64,000 nt of DNA from Eledone cirrhosa (Eukaryota): NCBI GenBank assembly GCA_964016885.1, contig OZ024740.1, positions 342,736,001-342,800,000 of the forward strand, in the 5' to 3' direction. This document shows, piece after piece, positions 1 to 12,295 of this stretch. A program made the position numbers and the translations under genes. Each line of letters starts with the position of its first letter. The first letter of the stretch is position 1. The notes beneath the pieces were generated by a model. That model did no database searches. It was not told the DNA's origin and saw only the letters and a program-made list of their open reading frames with translations.

Positions 1-2
1 CA

Positions 3-245
3 GCTTATATCTGGAGTCTAAAAGACAACCACACCCAATATAAGTTATACTGGGAGATCCTAACTAGGGCTAGATCGTATAACGGAAATAAAAGACCATG
101 TGACCTCTGCACCGCTGAGGCCCTGGAAATACTCTACGCCACAGACCACATCTTAAACAAAAAATCTGAGGCAATTTCGGCTTGTAAACATAAATTGCAC
201 AAAACTTTCCTGTATTACAGCCCCACGTTATACCCTAACGGATAG
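3..245 (+). mobile_element. Penelope-like retroelement, C-terminus of GIY-YIG endonuclease ORF (runs off window start); 3' UTR/pLTR continues to about 1230
   Basis: Manual translation of frame 3: AYIWSLKDNHTQYKLYWEILTRARSYNGNKRPCDLCTAEALEILYATDHILNKKSEAISACKHK...*. The W..LK / W.I / CxxC..E / LN.K.E...C.H pattern matches the ORF at 49484-50335. Confidence 0.75.
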
Positions 246-810
246 CACGATCTATACGTGGATATTTTACGTCTTGATGTGGGAGCTAAGTATATGTTTT
301 GTTTATTCCTTTACTTATTTGCATAGGTAAGTATATATTACCCGTATGTTTTGTGAAGGTACGTATATTTGACTGTTATGGCGTATAATTTTTACATATT
401 CTGGTATGTAGGGTTCGGCTATGTGTATACGGGAGTTTTGCGTCTGCGTGAGTATGCAGGTTCGTACGTATGGTGGGTGTGTGTATATGTGTACTTCTTG
501 TTTTAGTTGACTTACGTCTCCGAACATTCGTGTATTTATTTGTAGGTATGTGTGTGCGCTTGTTATATACGTATTTATTTACTTATATATGTTTATATAA
601 TTATTTATTTATTTGTACACAAGCATACACACACACACATATTTATATGTGCGTGGTTTTGTATACCTATGGTAAGGTTTTGCGTATGCTTGTGTATGTA
701 CATATCTGTTTGCGTGTATGTATTTATTTGTTTCTATTACTTCTGTATTGTATTTATTTACTTTGTTCTTAACTCTGTAGCGGAGATTCATTTGGTCTCC
801 TAGTTAGAAT

Positions 811-1080
811 TTTAGTCTACGATTTCTGCTATACTATTTACGTGGTTTTGTCTTTGCGTGCTATTGTTCTCCACGCTCCACATATGACTTATTATCTTCG
901 TTTTTTCGTTCATTGCCAGAGAACGTCTCTATGCACCACCTAAGAGAACATTAGTCTACGACCTCTTTTATACCATAAACGTGGTTCTGTCTTTGCGCGT
1001 AATTGTTTTCACCGCTCCTATTAATGACGTATTATTCGTTTTTTCCCGTTCTTTGCCAGCGAACGTTTCCACGAACCAAA
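811..1080 (+). repeat. Diverged ~140-bp direct duplication in the PLE 3' UTR
   Basis: TTAGTCTACGA...CGTGGTT.TGTCTTTGCG...TTGCCAG.GAACGT occurs at about 811-940 and again at about 951-1080. Confidence 0.7.
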
Positions 1081-1229
1081 GTATCGTCTTCCTGTCTTCC
1101 TTCGGTTGCAACGTTTTTTGAAATATCCAGTTCTGCGTTTACAGATTGACTTTGTTAGTTTCAGAAGATCCCGTTAAGGGTGAAAGCAGCGATTCTTTGC
1201 TTAAACTTTAATCTGTTATTTTAATAAAT

Positions 1230-1294
<65 letters not shown>

Positions 1295-1582
1295 AGTAAG
1301 AAGAAATAGTAGACACAGATATATACGTATTTTTTTTCAATGTCCCGACTGTACAGTTTCGCTGGTCAGTATGCAAAAATCTTATATCATAGAGATGTAA
1401 CATTGTTGTGAGGTAAGCCAGCTTTTCAAGGGAACACCTCAGGAGAAGAGTGCTTCTAGACACGTCCGTAGCATGCGAGAAAATCTCAAAAAGGCGGAGG
1501 GAGATACTATCACGTGATACACCGGTCACGAAAGGTGTTCCCTACTGTATACATATATGTATGTACGTATACATACTTATAT

Positions 1583-1630
<48 letters not shown>

Positions 1631-1761
1631 TTTATTATGGCTAAGGAGTGAGTCGTGTTACTCAGAAGTTTCACCTGTGCACTCGCAGGATCATCAGACA
1701 ATCCTGTGAATGTGCAGGTGAAACTCTAGAATAACAAGACTCGCTATGTAGCCATAATAAA
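1631..1761. repeat. Imperfect ~60-bp-arm inverted repeat (Penelope-type inverted pLTR remnant)
   Basis: TTTATTATGGCTA...GTTTCACCTG...CAGGAT, then ATCCTG...CAGGTGAAAC...TAGCCATAATAAA. Confidence 0.8.
1653..1701 (-). ncRNA. Minimal type I hammerhead ribozyme motif
   Basis: Minus strand reads TGT-CTGATGA-T-CCTG-CGAGTGCA-CAGG-T-GAAAC-TTCTGA-GTA-ACA: core boxes, 4-bp stem II, short stem III, GUA cleavage triplet and 3-bp stem I. Confidence 0.65.
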
Positions 1762-2049
1762 TGAATATTTAAATTCTACTTTGGTATTGAGTTGTCTTTC
1801 TCTTTTCTGCCTACTACATACAGAATTGAGAGAGAGTGTGAGAGAGAGAGAGAAGAAATCTCAATGGATGGGACTCATGGAAGAGGCAAACCCAGAAAAA
1901 CATGGGATGAAGTAACAAGAAGAAGCAGCATGTTGTACTAGTGAAGACCTGCCTACATCCGTAAAATGTGATTTTATCCACTATCATTCCTTAGTAGCTA
2001 TTTCCCACCCCTTCACAATCCCTCCTTAGCTATACTTACCATCACTGTT

Positions 2050-3283
2050 GTCTTACAAGGAAGAGGGCATCTGAGGTACTTTTACCTGGTACAAACTGCA
2101 TCTCATCTAGGTTAACTTGTTCCCTAATCAGCTGTGCTATGACTTTCTGAGACCTTCATAACTTGGTCAACCAACTTAATGCCTCTATAGTTTTCTCAAT
2201 CTAAAGCATCACCTTTGCCCTTGTAGAAGTTTATGATGATACTGTACACCATTCATTAGGTATGTCACAATTTTGTATTACTTGGTTTATAATGCGGGAG
2301 ACTATGGTGTGGCCCACCATACCTGATGCTTTCAGCATCTCAGAAACTATCCCTGAGGGTCCAGCTGCCCTGCCTAACTTCATATCCTTACTTACTATAC
2401 TACTATTGACTTGTACAGCCAGGCCCTCTGTTGGGTCGACATGAGACAAACTTTCTTCTTCCATGCATTCTCCTCATTCAGTAATCTTTCATAGTGGCAC
2501 TTCCATGCTACTTTCTTTTCAGCAGAGGGCAAGTTTGTCAAAATAATTTCGGAAACACTTCTTCTCCACCGACATCACAATTTTCCCTAACACACAGGCT
2601 TGTGATCCTGAACACCTCATGCCTTTGATTCTCATGCTTAAATATTGTTTTCTGCTTCCCTTCTTGCAAGGTATACCTGTCGCCTAGCTTCTCTCCTAGC
2701 TTTCTGGTAGACTTCTCTACTACCCCCATTTTGCCAATCCTTCCAAGCCTGTCTTTTGGCCTTAATTGTTTCATCTACCTTACTATTCCACCAGCAAATC
2801 ACTCTCCATCTCCCTAGAGACCTACTCAAACTGCAGATTTCATATGTCGCCTTCAGTAGGTTATCTTTCAGGAACTCCCACTGCTTGTCTATAATTTGCT
2901 CTTCCTTACTGTCAAAGGCGTCAATCAACGTACTTCTAAATTTGTTACTGGTTGATTGGTTTTTTAATGGGGTTTTTTAACTTCTTTTTTACTCTTCTCC
3001 TCCTGGTTGTCGTCTGTTGCCAGGTTTTTCTAGCCCTGACTAAGTTATGTTAGGAGGTGCATTCTCCATTAGGGAGGGACTTTGTGTTAATAACAGTCAC
3101 TCTGTCTCGTCTTTCGGTTAGAATGAAATCTATCTGGCTGGCATGCTCACCTAATCTATAGGTGATTATGTGGTTGTCTTGTTTTTTGAAGTTCCTGTTA
3201 CAGATAAATAGGTAATTTGCGTTACAGAATTCCAGCAGTCTGAAACCTTCTTCATTTCTAGCGCTGAACCCATAACTCCCATG
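2050..3283 (-). mobile_element. Degenerate RTE-clade LINE fragment (end of AP endonuclease to start of RT)
   Basis: WWNSKVDETIKAKRQAWKDWQ, MKLGRAAGPSGIVSEMLKASG and the GKGDA..ENYRGIKL region, broken by stops and frameshifts. Same family as 46890-48725. Confidence 0.85.
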
Positions 3284-3289
3284 GATTCC

Positions 3290-4325
3290 ATCGAAGCCCT
3301 TGTACTTGCAATCCCAGTTGTCAACTATAGTTTCAATATTATAAATTGGAACATTAATGAAATAAAGAAAATGGACACCAAAATCAAGAAACTTCTGACC
3401 TGTAATAAACTACATCACCCCAAAACAGTTGTGGATCACCTCTATCTCTCTAGACAAAATGGATGTAGAGGTATGATCCAGCTTGAGTTGTCATGCAAAA
3501 TATCAACTATTGGACTTGAACAATACCTTATAACTACAGATGACTAGATACTGAAAATGGTTGCAGATGATGAAAGGAAAAAGAGGTTACATTAAATCAC
3601 AAAGGAGTGTAGGAAGTTTGCAGAAGAATTGGGAATACATTTTGAAAATGGCGATTCTGCAATTAAAGCTACAAAGAACATCAACATGTTGGCAAAACAT
3701 GAAGGTCAACAGAGATTGTGCACTAAATGGGAGCAAAAACCACTGCATAGGCAGTATATTCTCTGTAGCAAAGAACCTGATATAGATCAAACTTTCACCC
3801 CTCAGTGGCTGTGGGGCTCTGGGCTAAAAGCAGAGTGTGACAACTTCATTTTGGCTGCACAAAATATGCAATATTCAAGCCAATGTGATCAGAAATGGAA
3901 CTGACCCAAAGTGTCGATTCTGTGATGAGCATGTTATGACCATTGACCACTTGGTTTCAGGTTGTAAAGTATTATCTTCTCAGGAATATAAAATGAGACA
4001 TGATAGAGTAGAGCAATATTTACACTGGGTAATATGCAGGTTTTATGGTATAAAAACAGAAGGAAAATGGTAGAACCATCACCCAGATGCAGTAACAGGA
4101 GGCAAGAATGTGACAATCCTATGGGACTTCCCTGTGAACACCTGAGAGAACGATCAAGGCCAACAAATCTGATATAACTGTGAAGGACCATGAAAAGAAA
4201 ACATTCTTCTTAATTCACATGAGCATTCCATCAGATCGTAACATCTCGACAGAGTTCCAAAAGCTCAGTAAATATAAAGATCTGACAATTGATATTGAGA
4301 AAATGTGGAATCTTAAATCCTGTAC
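3290..4325 (+). mobile_element. R4/Dong-like non-LTR retrotransposon, C-terminal fragment (RT thumb, CCHC finger, restriction-like endonuclease), degenerate
   Basis: AIPVVNYSFNIINW, LHHPK..VDHLYLSRQNGCRG, CRFC...TIDHLVSGC, YKMRHDRV, ILWDFPV, K.SKYKDL..IEKMW. Confidence 0.8.
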
Positions 4326-5016
4326 ATTAGAAATATTCTTTTTTAATTTTTAGGCTAGTTGGTTGATACCCCCCCCCCCCCCACACACACACACACATTT
4401 AACTAAAATACGAATAATTTCCAACAGTTTTGAAGATCATTGTAAAGAATACAAGAAGTGGGGGAGATCCGAGGGTGCCCATTCCTCCTCTGGTTTATAT
4501 TTTAAAAAAAGGCAGTGTGGCATGTTTAGGTGTAAGATTCGTTGATAACACGCAAAAAAAAAAATACATGAAAAAATAATTCCCACCAAGTGCGAGAAAG
4601 TAAAGGTCTGCTAAAACCCGAGTCTTTCCATCCTTCCCCTTCATTTTATACAAAGCGCGTCGTTTCTGGCGGGTTTTGGAGTCATATTCATTATAACACA
4701 CGAAAAATAAAAAAAGGAAGGAAAATGGTTAAGAAAACTCCAGAATGGATGGGCGCAAGGGGATGAAGAGTCCGACCCTCTCCTCCTCTTTCCCAGGGAA
4801 GAAAGTCCTTTGTGCCATATTAGGAGGTAAGTTTAATTGATAGCACACTAAAAAAAAAAAGAGGAAATAAATATTTCTTCACTGAAATTGGTGGGTGGGG
4901 GAAATGAAAAGTCCAAGGCCTCTACTTTCTCTCACTTTTCATCGGAAACAAGTCCTTAAGACCATATATAGTAAGTTTAGCACACAAAACATAAAACGAG
5001 GAAAATCATCATTATC

Positions 5017-5120
5017 CCGCCGAGGTTAACTTTGCCTTTCATCCTTACGGGGTCGATAAAATAAAGTACCAGTAATACACTGGGTAATTGCTGGCCTTGT
5101 GCCTAACGGAGAAACAATTA
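5017..5120 (+). mobile_element. OK-like octopod SINE, 3' part
   Basis: CCGCCGAGGTTAACTTTGCCTTTCATCCTTACGGGGTCGATAAAATAAAGTACCAG...CCTTGTGCCTAA, repeated more than 10 times in the window. Confidence 0.75.
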
Positions 5121-5330
5121 TTATCTATAAAAGGCAGATTGTTGTTGTTGTGTGTGTGTGCATGTTCCATGTTTATACATTTGCACAATTTCAAACCGAT
5201 TCGACTCAAAGTCTGTAAGAATGTTGTAAATGGTCTAACTTACGTCAACGACTCCCATACTCTCCCTAACTCCCATACATACTGCAACCTTCTCTTATAT
5301 ATGCTTATAAACCTACTCCTTAATAATTTC

Positions 5331-7305
5331 TATGTTTGTCTAGCTGCGTGCCAGTGGAGAAGGAGGGCAGAGCATGGAGCCAGGCACCACTGGGGGGTTT
5401 GGAGGCTGCATGAAAACAAGCAAGGCGGTGCTGGTCGAGCTGGCGCGTGAGCCTGTCTGAGGCCAGGCTGCACTGGATGGCATCCCAAGTGCGTTGGGTG
5501 GACTTGACGTCAACAAGGGGAGAAGGAGGAGGGACGTCTACTGGGCTAAGTCCCAGCCGGTCCCACGTCTCACAGGAGGCCTCACGTTCTCTGAACACAG
5601 AGGGTTTTGTTGTGTTTTGAAGAACCCTGCTGACGAGGACGCGGCATGAGGTTACCGACGAAAGATACGCCGGCAAAGCTAGTGAGATCGGGGACCGGAG
5701 GCCTAGGCTGCCATACCTGACCGGTAAAGTGGCCTGTTTCCACCCTATGTCGTCAAACTTGACGTTGCATATGTCCTCGGCTGCTGCTTGGATAAAAGTA
5801 TCGAGGTCAGTGAGGAGAGATGTCTGGGTGTAACATGGAGCACTGCGGAGTGTATAGAGGAGCTTCGGCATGGCGAAGCAGTTCCCCAGCAGAAAGAAAA
5901 CTGGGTGGCCGTCAATAAAACCCAGTCGGCTCGTGAGAGTCTGGAGCTGTTGAAGCCTGAACCTGATAGTAGAGCGGATGGCCAGTGGGTGGATCGGTGA
6001 CCTGAGGATTAGGACATCCTCTTTGGGGGTCACCTGAACCTGGCGGAGAATGGACCGCACGTCCAAGACGGAGGCTGCAAAGCTCACAGCATCGAGGCTG
6101 ACGTTCACCACCTCCGACTTGGCCGAGTTGACCTGAAAGTCTTGGCAGACCGTCCGTACGGGCCCGCCCAACGTAGCATCATCCAGATACCAAACGTTGA
6201 GAGGGACCGTGATACTCCGGGCGATGTGGTCAATACCAAGGGCGAACAGGAGGAGTCCCAAAGGATCGCCCTGTTGGACCCCAGTAGCCGAGGATATGAC
6301 CGTATCAGCAGCTAGGAGCATGCTTGGGGCTCCATATGACAGGTAGGCCAGCAGAGGGGGCTCGGCTGAGGTAGGCCTCGAGCAGATGATCCCGGCGTAA
6401 AGTGTTAAAGGCATTCCTCATGTCAAGCTTGACAATGAGGTGCCTGGAGTCCCTGGATGCCGGTACCAATGGGCGGCTGCTGAAGAACTGCCTGATTGCA
6501 TGAGAGGCTCCCTCACAGCCACTGGACACGCCGACACCCAGTTGCACCGGACTAAACTCCTCACCCAGTTCGTGTGTGATGGACTTGCAGATCACCTTGG
6601 CAGCCAGCCTCCGGAAGACATTGCCCACAGCAATGGGGCGTATGCCACCCTCTTTTTTCCTGAGAGCAGTGAGGCTGGCCGAAAAAAGAGGCCTCGAGCG
6701 TAAGGGTCGAGGACACCATGAATGAGCCTATTGGTGAGCGCCACAATTGCACTCAGAAGGCGGCGCCCGGCCTCAGCAGAGAGGGGGGATGTCAACTCCT
6801 TGAGGTGGCCTGGTCGGAGACCATCAACACCTCCACAGCTGCTAGCTGGGAAGGACCAGATGGCGGACATGATAACTGCATCAGTAGCCACAAGGAGCAG
6901 GTGGGGGTATGGGTCTGAGATCAGTGGGTGGCTCAGGGTGTTTGAGCTGCAGAGCAACCAGGATCTCCTCGGTGGGTTGGAGGACAGTGTCCTCTGAGGC
7001 AACAACTCTGACTGCGGCCGAGACATCACCCATGATAAGCTTTGCGTTTACCTGATCACGCAAACGCTTAGCGATGGCCTCGGGGGTGGAGGATAGGAGG
7101 TACCTGAGGGTGGGGTGTGCGGCGTCCCTGGGCACGCTTGGAATGGACGCTCGCCCAAATGACGAGACATTGGCCTTGACAAAGGCTGCTGTTGACCGGC
7201 CGCCCTGGTCAGCGCCAGAGCTGGGGAAGCCGAGGGCGAGTGGGTCAAAATAGAACATCCGCTCCCAGTCACTGGCTCGATTGGAGTCCAGAGCGCTCTC
7301 AATCG
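5331..7305 (-). mobile_element. CRE-clade non-LTR retrotransposon RT fragment inside the Helitron
   Basis: GGVDGLRPGHLK, GNVFRRLAAK, QLGVGVSSGCE, KLDMRNAFN, GVQQGDPLG, WYLDD, LPVRYGSLGL, SGAWLHALP. Frameshifted and truncated at both ends. Confidence 0.85.
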
Positions 7306-7828
7306 AGGAGAGAGAGAAAAAAATAAAGGAGGTAGCCAGAGAGTGAGAGACAAACGTGAAATACATGACGCTTACATCTCTTATATGCGCTTATAAACCC
7401 ACTCCTTAATAATTTCACACAATTACATTTTGTATATAACATATTTACATGTTTATTGAGTGAAAAAAAAACCACATAGGGATTTTTGGCCAAACAACTT
7501 CACATTGCTGACAGAAGTGCGCTTTAAACAAACTGTGAGTTATTTATTTGCCTCTGTAAGAATGTTGTAAATGGTCTAACTTAGGTCAACGACTATTTAT
7601 TTATTTCAAAATCACCCACAAAAAAGAGAAGTCGCCTCGGTCGCCATACCGCGTCAGCGGCGGTGCAGAGGGCGATTACAGCAAATGAGCCCCCCGAGGA
7701 AACTGCTTTAAGACTTTCACAGAGCGCCTTACGTTCAGCGGAATGCAGAGCTGCTGAAAGTTTTTAACAACGCACCGCACGCCTAGCCAAGATGGCTTCA
7801 TACGACGCCTCGAGACGTGCTGTGATGT

Positions 7829-10800
7829 GTGATTCAGAGCGGTCGATACGTCATTCCCCAAAAAAACGCTTCTACTGCTACTTCCAAGGCTTCAGAGGGC
7901 CCGGAACAAAGGGCAGCTCGACTGACTAGAAACGCTGCGGCTACTGCTGCTTCAAGGGCTTTGGAAGGTTTGGAACGGCGGACGAATCGCCTTGCTAGGA
8001 ATGCTGCGTCTATGACTGCTAACATGGCTTCTGAAGATGCAGACGGGCGCTCCATTAGGATTGCAAGGGTGGCTTCTGCTACTGCTGCGAGAGCTTCCCA
8101 CGACCCACAGGAGCAACATTCTACGTTGGAGCGGAACAGTCGACGACAAGAAGCTGCCCGCGATGTGACGAGTCCCAACAGCCCATACTGGAACCTACGG
8201 GCCTTCAAGTATGAACCCAACGTTAACTACTCGATGTGTGCCGACATAAATATAGGGGAAATGCGCTTCAATTACAAATTCTGCAATGCTAAAAATTGGG
8301 CTGGGGAGCCACCTGCAATGTGCTGCTTAAACGGTAAGGTCAGCTTGCCCCCTCTTGGGGAACCACCAGAGCCTTTGAAGTATCTACTTACTGGTTCTAC
8401 CTCAAGGTCATCCAAATTCCTTCAACTCATCAGGAAGTACAATTGTGCGTTTCAAATGACTTCTTTCGAGGCTAACGTTGTCAGAGAAAGTGGTTGGATG
8501 CCTACTTTCAAGGTCCAGGGGCAGGTGTACCATCATATTGGGTCGCTCCAGCCACTACAAAATTGCAAGCCTTCGTTCCTTCAAATTTACTTCATTTCTA
8601 ACTATAGTAGGCAAGTTGATGCGCGGTTCGGCGTTATTCCAACACCTGCAAACACTGACGCTGACACTTTTGAAAGGGACGTGCTGCTCGGTCTTCAAAA
8701 CATGCTTCATGAGCACAACAGTTATATTCGCAGTTTCAAATACCCATTGGAAACAAATCCTTCACCAAACTTCATCATTGTCATCGATGCTGACAAAAGA
8801 CCTTCTGGCGAGTACGCACGCCGTTATAACGCTCCTTCGTGCAATGAAGTGGCCGTAGTTAACCATGGTGAACAGCACAATAAGCGAGACATAGTTCTTC
8901 AAAGTCGTGACAGTGGTCTTCGACGTATTAATGAGACGCGTCGTTCATACGACGCCCTGCAGTATCCCCTTCTTTTTGCATACGGAGAAGACGCGTACCA
9001 TTTCAGCATTCCTCAGTACAAACCAAACGAGCCCACTGCTGCGACATCTAAAACTGTTTCATGCATGGCTTTATACTCATACCGCTTCATGACGAGGCCT
9101 AACGATTTCAGCGCCCTGTACAGGTCATGGGAACTGTTTCACCAGTTTGCAGTTGACATGGCTGCAAAGATGGAGTCGGAGAGAGTGCGCTTCATAAAAT
9201 TGAATCAGAATCAGCTGCGCTCAGACTCCTACATCCATTTGCGTGACAGCATCGGGAATGACACTGACCCCCAGAACATCGGCAAAATGTGCATTCTCTC
9301 CTCAACCTATACGGGGGGGGGGTACATGCACGAGCGAACACAAGACGCTATGACGTTCGTTCGGCATTATGGGCGCCCTGATTTATTCATCATGTTTACG
9401 TGTAACCCCAAGTGGGTTGAGGGTACGCAGGAACTTATCCCAGGGCAGCAGTACTGCCATCGGTATGATATTATTGCCAGGGTTTTCAGGCAGAAGCTGG
9501 CTAAGCTAATTGATCTAATAAAAAAAGGGAAGGTTTTCGGGCCTGTTAGGTGCCACATGTATACTGTTGAGTGGCAGAAGAGAGGGTTGCCACACGCGCA
9601 CATTTTGGTTTGGTTGGTCACCAAAATAGACCCTACAGTTATAGATGATGTCATCGCAGTGGAAATACCGGACCCCGTTGTTGACTGGCAGCTGTACGAC
9701 ATTGTGAAGGCACACATGGTGCATGGTCCGTGCAGTCCTGGTTTTCAAGAGTTCTCCTCATGCCACAAGGACCATGTGTGCACTAAACGATACCCAAAGA
9801 GGTTTGTTGAGGAGACCCAGACCAGCGGCGACGGATACCCACTGTACAGACGAAGGCAGCCTGAGAACGGTGGATTCACTATGACGTTACGGGGTCATCA
9901 AGTTGATAATAGGTGGGTGGTCCCGTACTGTCCATTTCTGATGAAAACTTTCAACGCTCATATAAATGTGGAGTTCTGTCATTCAGTGAAGTCGATAAAG
10001 TACATATGTAAATATGTTAACAAGGGTTCCGACGCTGCCATGTTCGGCCTTCAAACCGACAATAGCAGGGACGAGGTCTCGGAGTACTTGACAGGTCGAT
10101 ATATCAGCAATGGTGAAGCTTTTTGGCGGATATTCGGGTTTCCACTTCACCAAAGGCACCCCGCCATCATACAACTAGCGGTTCATTTGGAAAACGGCCA
10201 GCGGGCTTACTTTACTGAACAGAGTGCTGCTCATTTGGCGGCCAATCCAAAAGAAACAACTTTGACTGTTTTTTTTACTTTTCAAAAACACTTTCATATC
10301 CTCAGGTCCCGTCCTACTACGTGTATTTAACAACACTTGGGTGTGTAGGAAGTCAGGTCAGGATGTTGAAGGACATCTTGGTTTCAAGTTTGACAGTTGT
10401 CTAGGAAGAGTACACTGTACCTCCCAACCAGCATGAGTGTTTTCACCTGCGCCTTCTCCTCCAAGAGGTTTTTGGCCCACAAAGCTTTCGAGACAAGAAC
10501 TGTTGACGGTGAATTATGTGATACTTTCCGGGAAGCCTGCTTTAGGCGTGGCCTTTTGGAGGATGATTCACAATGGGGCGCCACTATGGCAGAGGGCGTT
10601 TTGTTGAAATCTCCTAAAAGACTAAGATTGCTTTTCGCTATTCTACTCCTATGGTGCGACTTGGGTGATCCGGCTTCTTTATGGCTTAGCTACAAAGATT
10701 ACATGTCTGAGATTTCCTGCGTCACGCTCAGTTGCTAAACCCATCGGTCAAGTACAGTGACCTCATTTACAACAAGGCGCTGCTTGAAATCGAAGATACT

Positions 10801-12295
10801 GTTCTCGATATGGCCGGTAGTGCTTGGCGGTGTATGGCCTACCTTCAACAAACTGGGAAGGTGCAAACACTCTGTCTTCGGATTTTCTGCGTGAGACATC
10901 TTATAATGTTGACGAGCTTGCCCAGTACATAGTGGAGAATAACAGAAATTCGCTTACAACTCCGTTGTTAATTCTGTCCAGGGCAAAGCGGGGGGGATTT
11001 TTTTCCTGGACGCTACTGAGAGGACTGGGAAAACTTTTGTCACCAAATTAATATTAGCTGAGATTAGGCGAACAGAAGGCATTGCCTTAGCTGTGGCATC
11101 ATCTGGAATTGCGGCTACTTTGTTGCCGGGCGGCAGGACAGCTCATTCCTATTTCAAGCTCCTGCTTGACTTAGCGAAGACTGAGACACCCACTTGCAAC
11201 ATCAGTAAGAGCTCCGATCAGGCAGAAGTGTTCAGACGATGCAAGCTTATCGTTTGGGACGAATGCACGATGGCCCACAGAGGTGCTCTTGAGGCGCTAG
11301 ATAGAACTCTGAGAGACATCAAAGACTCTACGGTTCCAATGGGAGGCATAACACTTCTTCTTTCAGGGGACTTCAGGCAAACGCTTCCCGTTATTCCCAA
11401 GGGGACTAGAGCTGATGCAGTATGTGCGTGTCTTAAGTCATCCGCATTGTGGCTCCTGGTGAAGACGCTTAAACTTCACACTAACATGCGTGCTCATATG
11501 CGAGGTGATATCACAACAGCAGCATTTTCTCACACCTTCCTTGCACTTGGCGAAGGCAAAACGCCCGGGGATGAAAAGGGTAATATTGCCATCGACTCAC
11601 TTTGTACCGTTGTTAGTACGCCTTCTGATCTCAGGGATGCAGTGTTCCCAGATCTACAAGCAAATTATCAGAATATGGATTGGCTTGCCCAAATGGCTAT
11701 TCTGGCCCCGAGGAATAAAACTGTTAACCATATTAATGATCAAATGCTAAAACTCATTCCTGGGGATGGCTATGTATATAAGTCTATCGATAGAACTCCT
11801 GACCCCGAGGACATCATCAACTATCCAATAGAGGTATTAAATTCCTTTGAGCCCTCCGGATTACCCCCACACATTTTGAAACTTAAAGTTGGTGCCCCTA
11901 TAATGCTCATTCGAAATTTGGTTCCGCCGAAACAATGCAATGGCACACGTTTGGTCGTTAAGTCCTTAGCTCCCAATCTGATTGAGGCCACGATAATCAC
12001 AGAGTGCTGTTGGGGCAAGGTTGTGCTCATACCGAGGATGCATCTTTTCCTATCAGGAGCAGACCTACCTTTCACATTTCGGAGGTCCCAGTTCCTGGTC
12101 AGGCCATGCTTCGCAATGTCAATTAACAATGCGCAGGGACAAACACTGTCTGTCGCGGGAATACATTTGGGGGAGCCGTGTTTCTCTCATGATCAGCTTT
12201 ACATTGGCTGCTCGCGTGTCGGCAGCAAGAGTGATGATTTTGTGTTTGTTCCGCAAGGAAAAACGAAAAACATTGTGTACAAGGAGGTTTTATAG
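7829..12295 (+). pseudogene. Helitron RepHel protein (STPR-like repeats, Zn finger, HUH Rep, Pif1-family helicase), frameshifted
   Basis: Rep motifs GRPDLFIMFTCNPKW, VEWQKRGLPHAHIL and YICKYVNKG; Pif1 motifs ASSGIAATLLPGGRTAHS, IVWDECTM, GDFRQTLPV, LKLKVGAPIMLIRNL..CNGTRL and AMSINNAQGQT. Split across ORFs 7829-10330, 10397-10738, 10732-11051 and 11093-12295. Confidence 0.95.

Noticed and set aside
315-803. Several 60-100 aa ORFs rich in Y/I/C/V
   Set aside because: Translations of (TA)/(TG)-rich low-complexity DNA. The same applies to ORFs near 1221-1644, 33456-34392, 37940-38517, 48588-49130 and 62522-62719.
880-1060. ATGA-containing repeats as possible SECIS elements in the PLE 3' UTR
   Set aside because: No apical AA motif or convincing helix II, and no in-frame UGA in the visible ORF.
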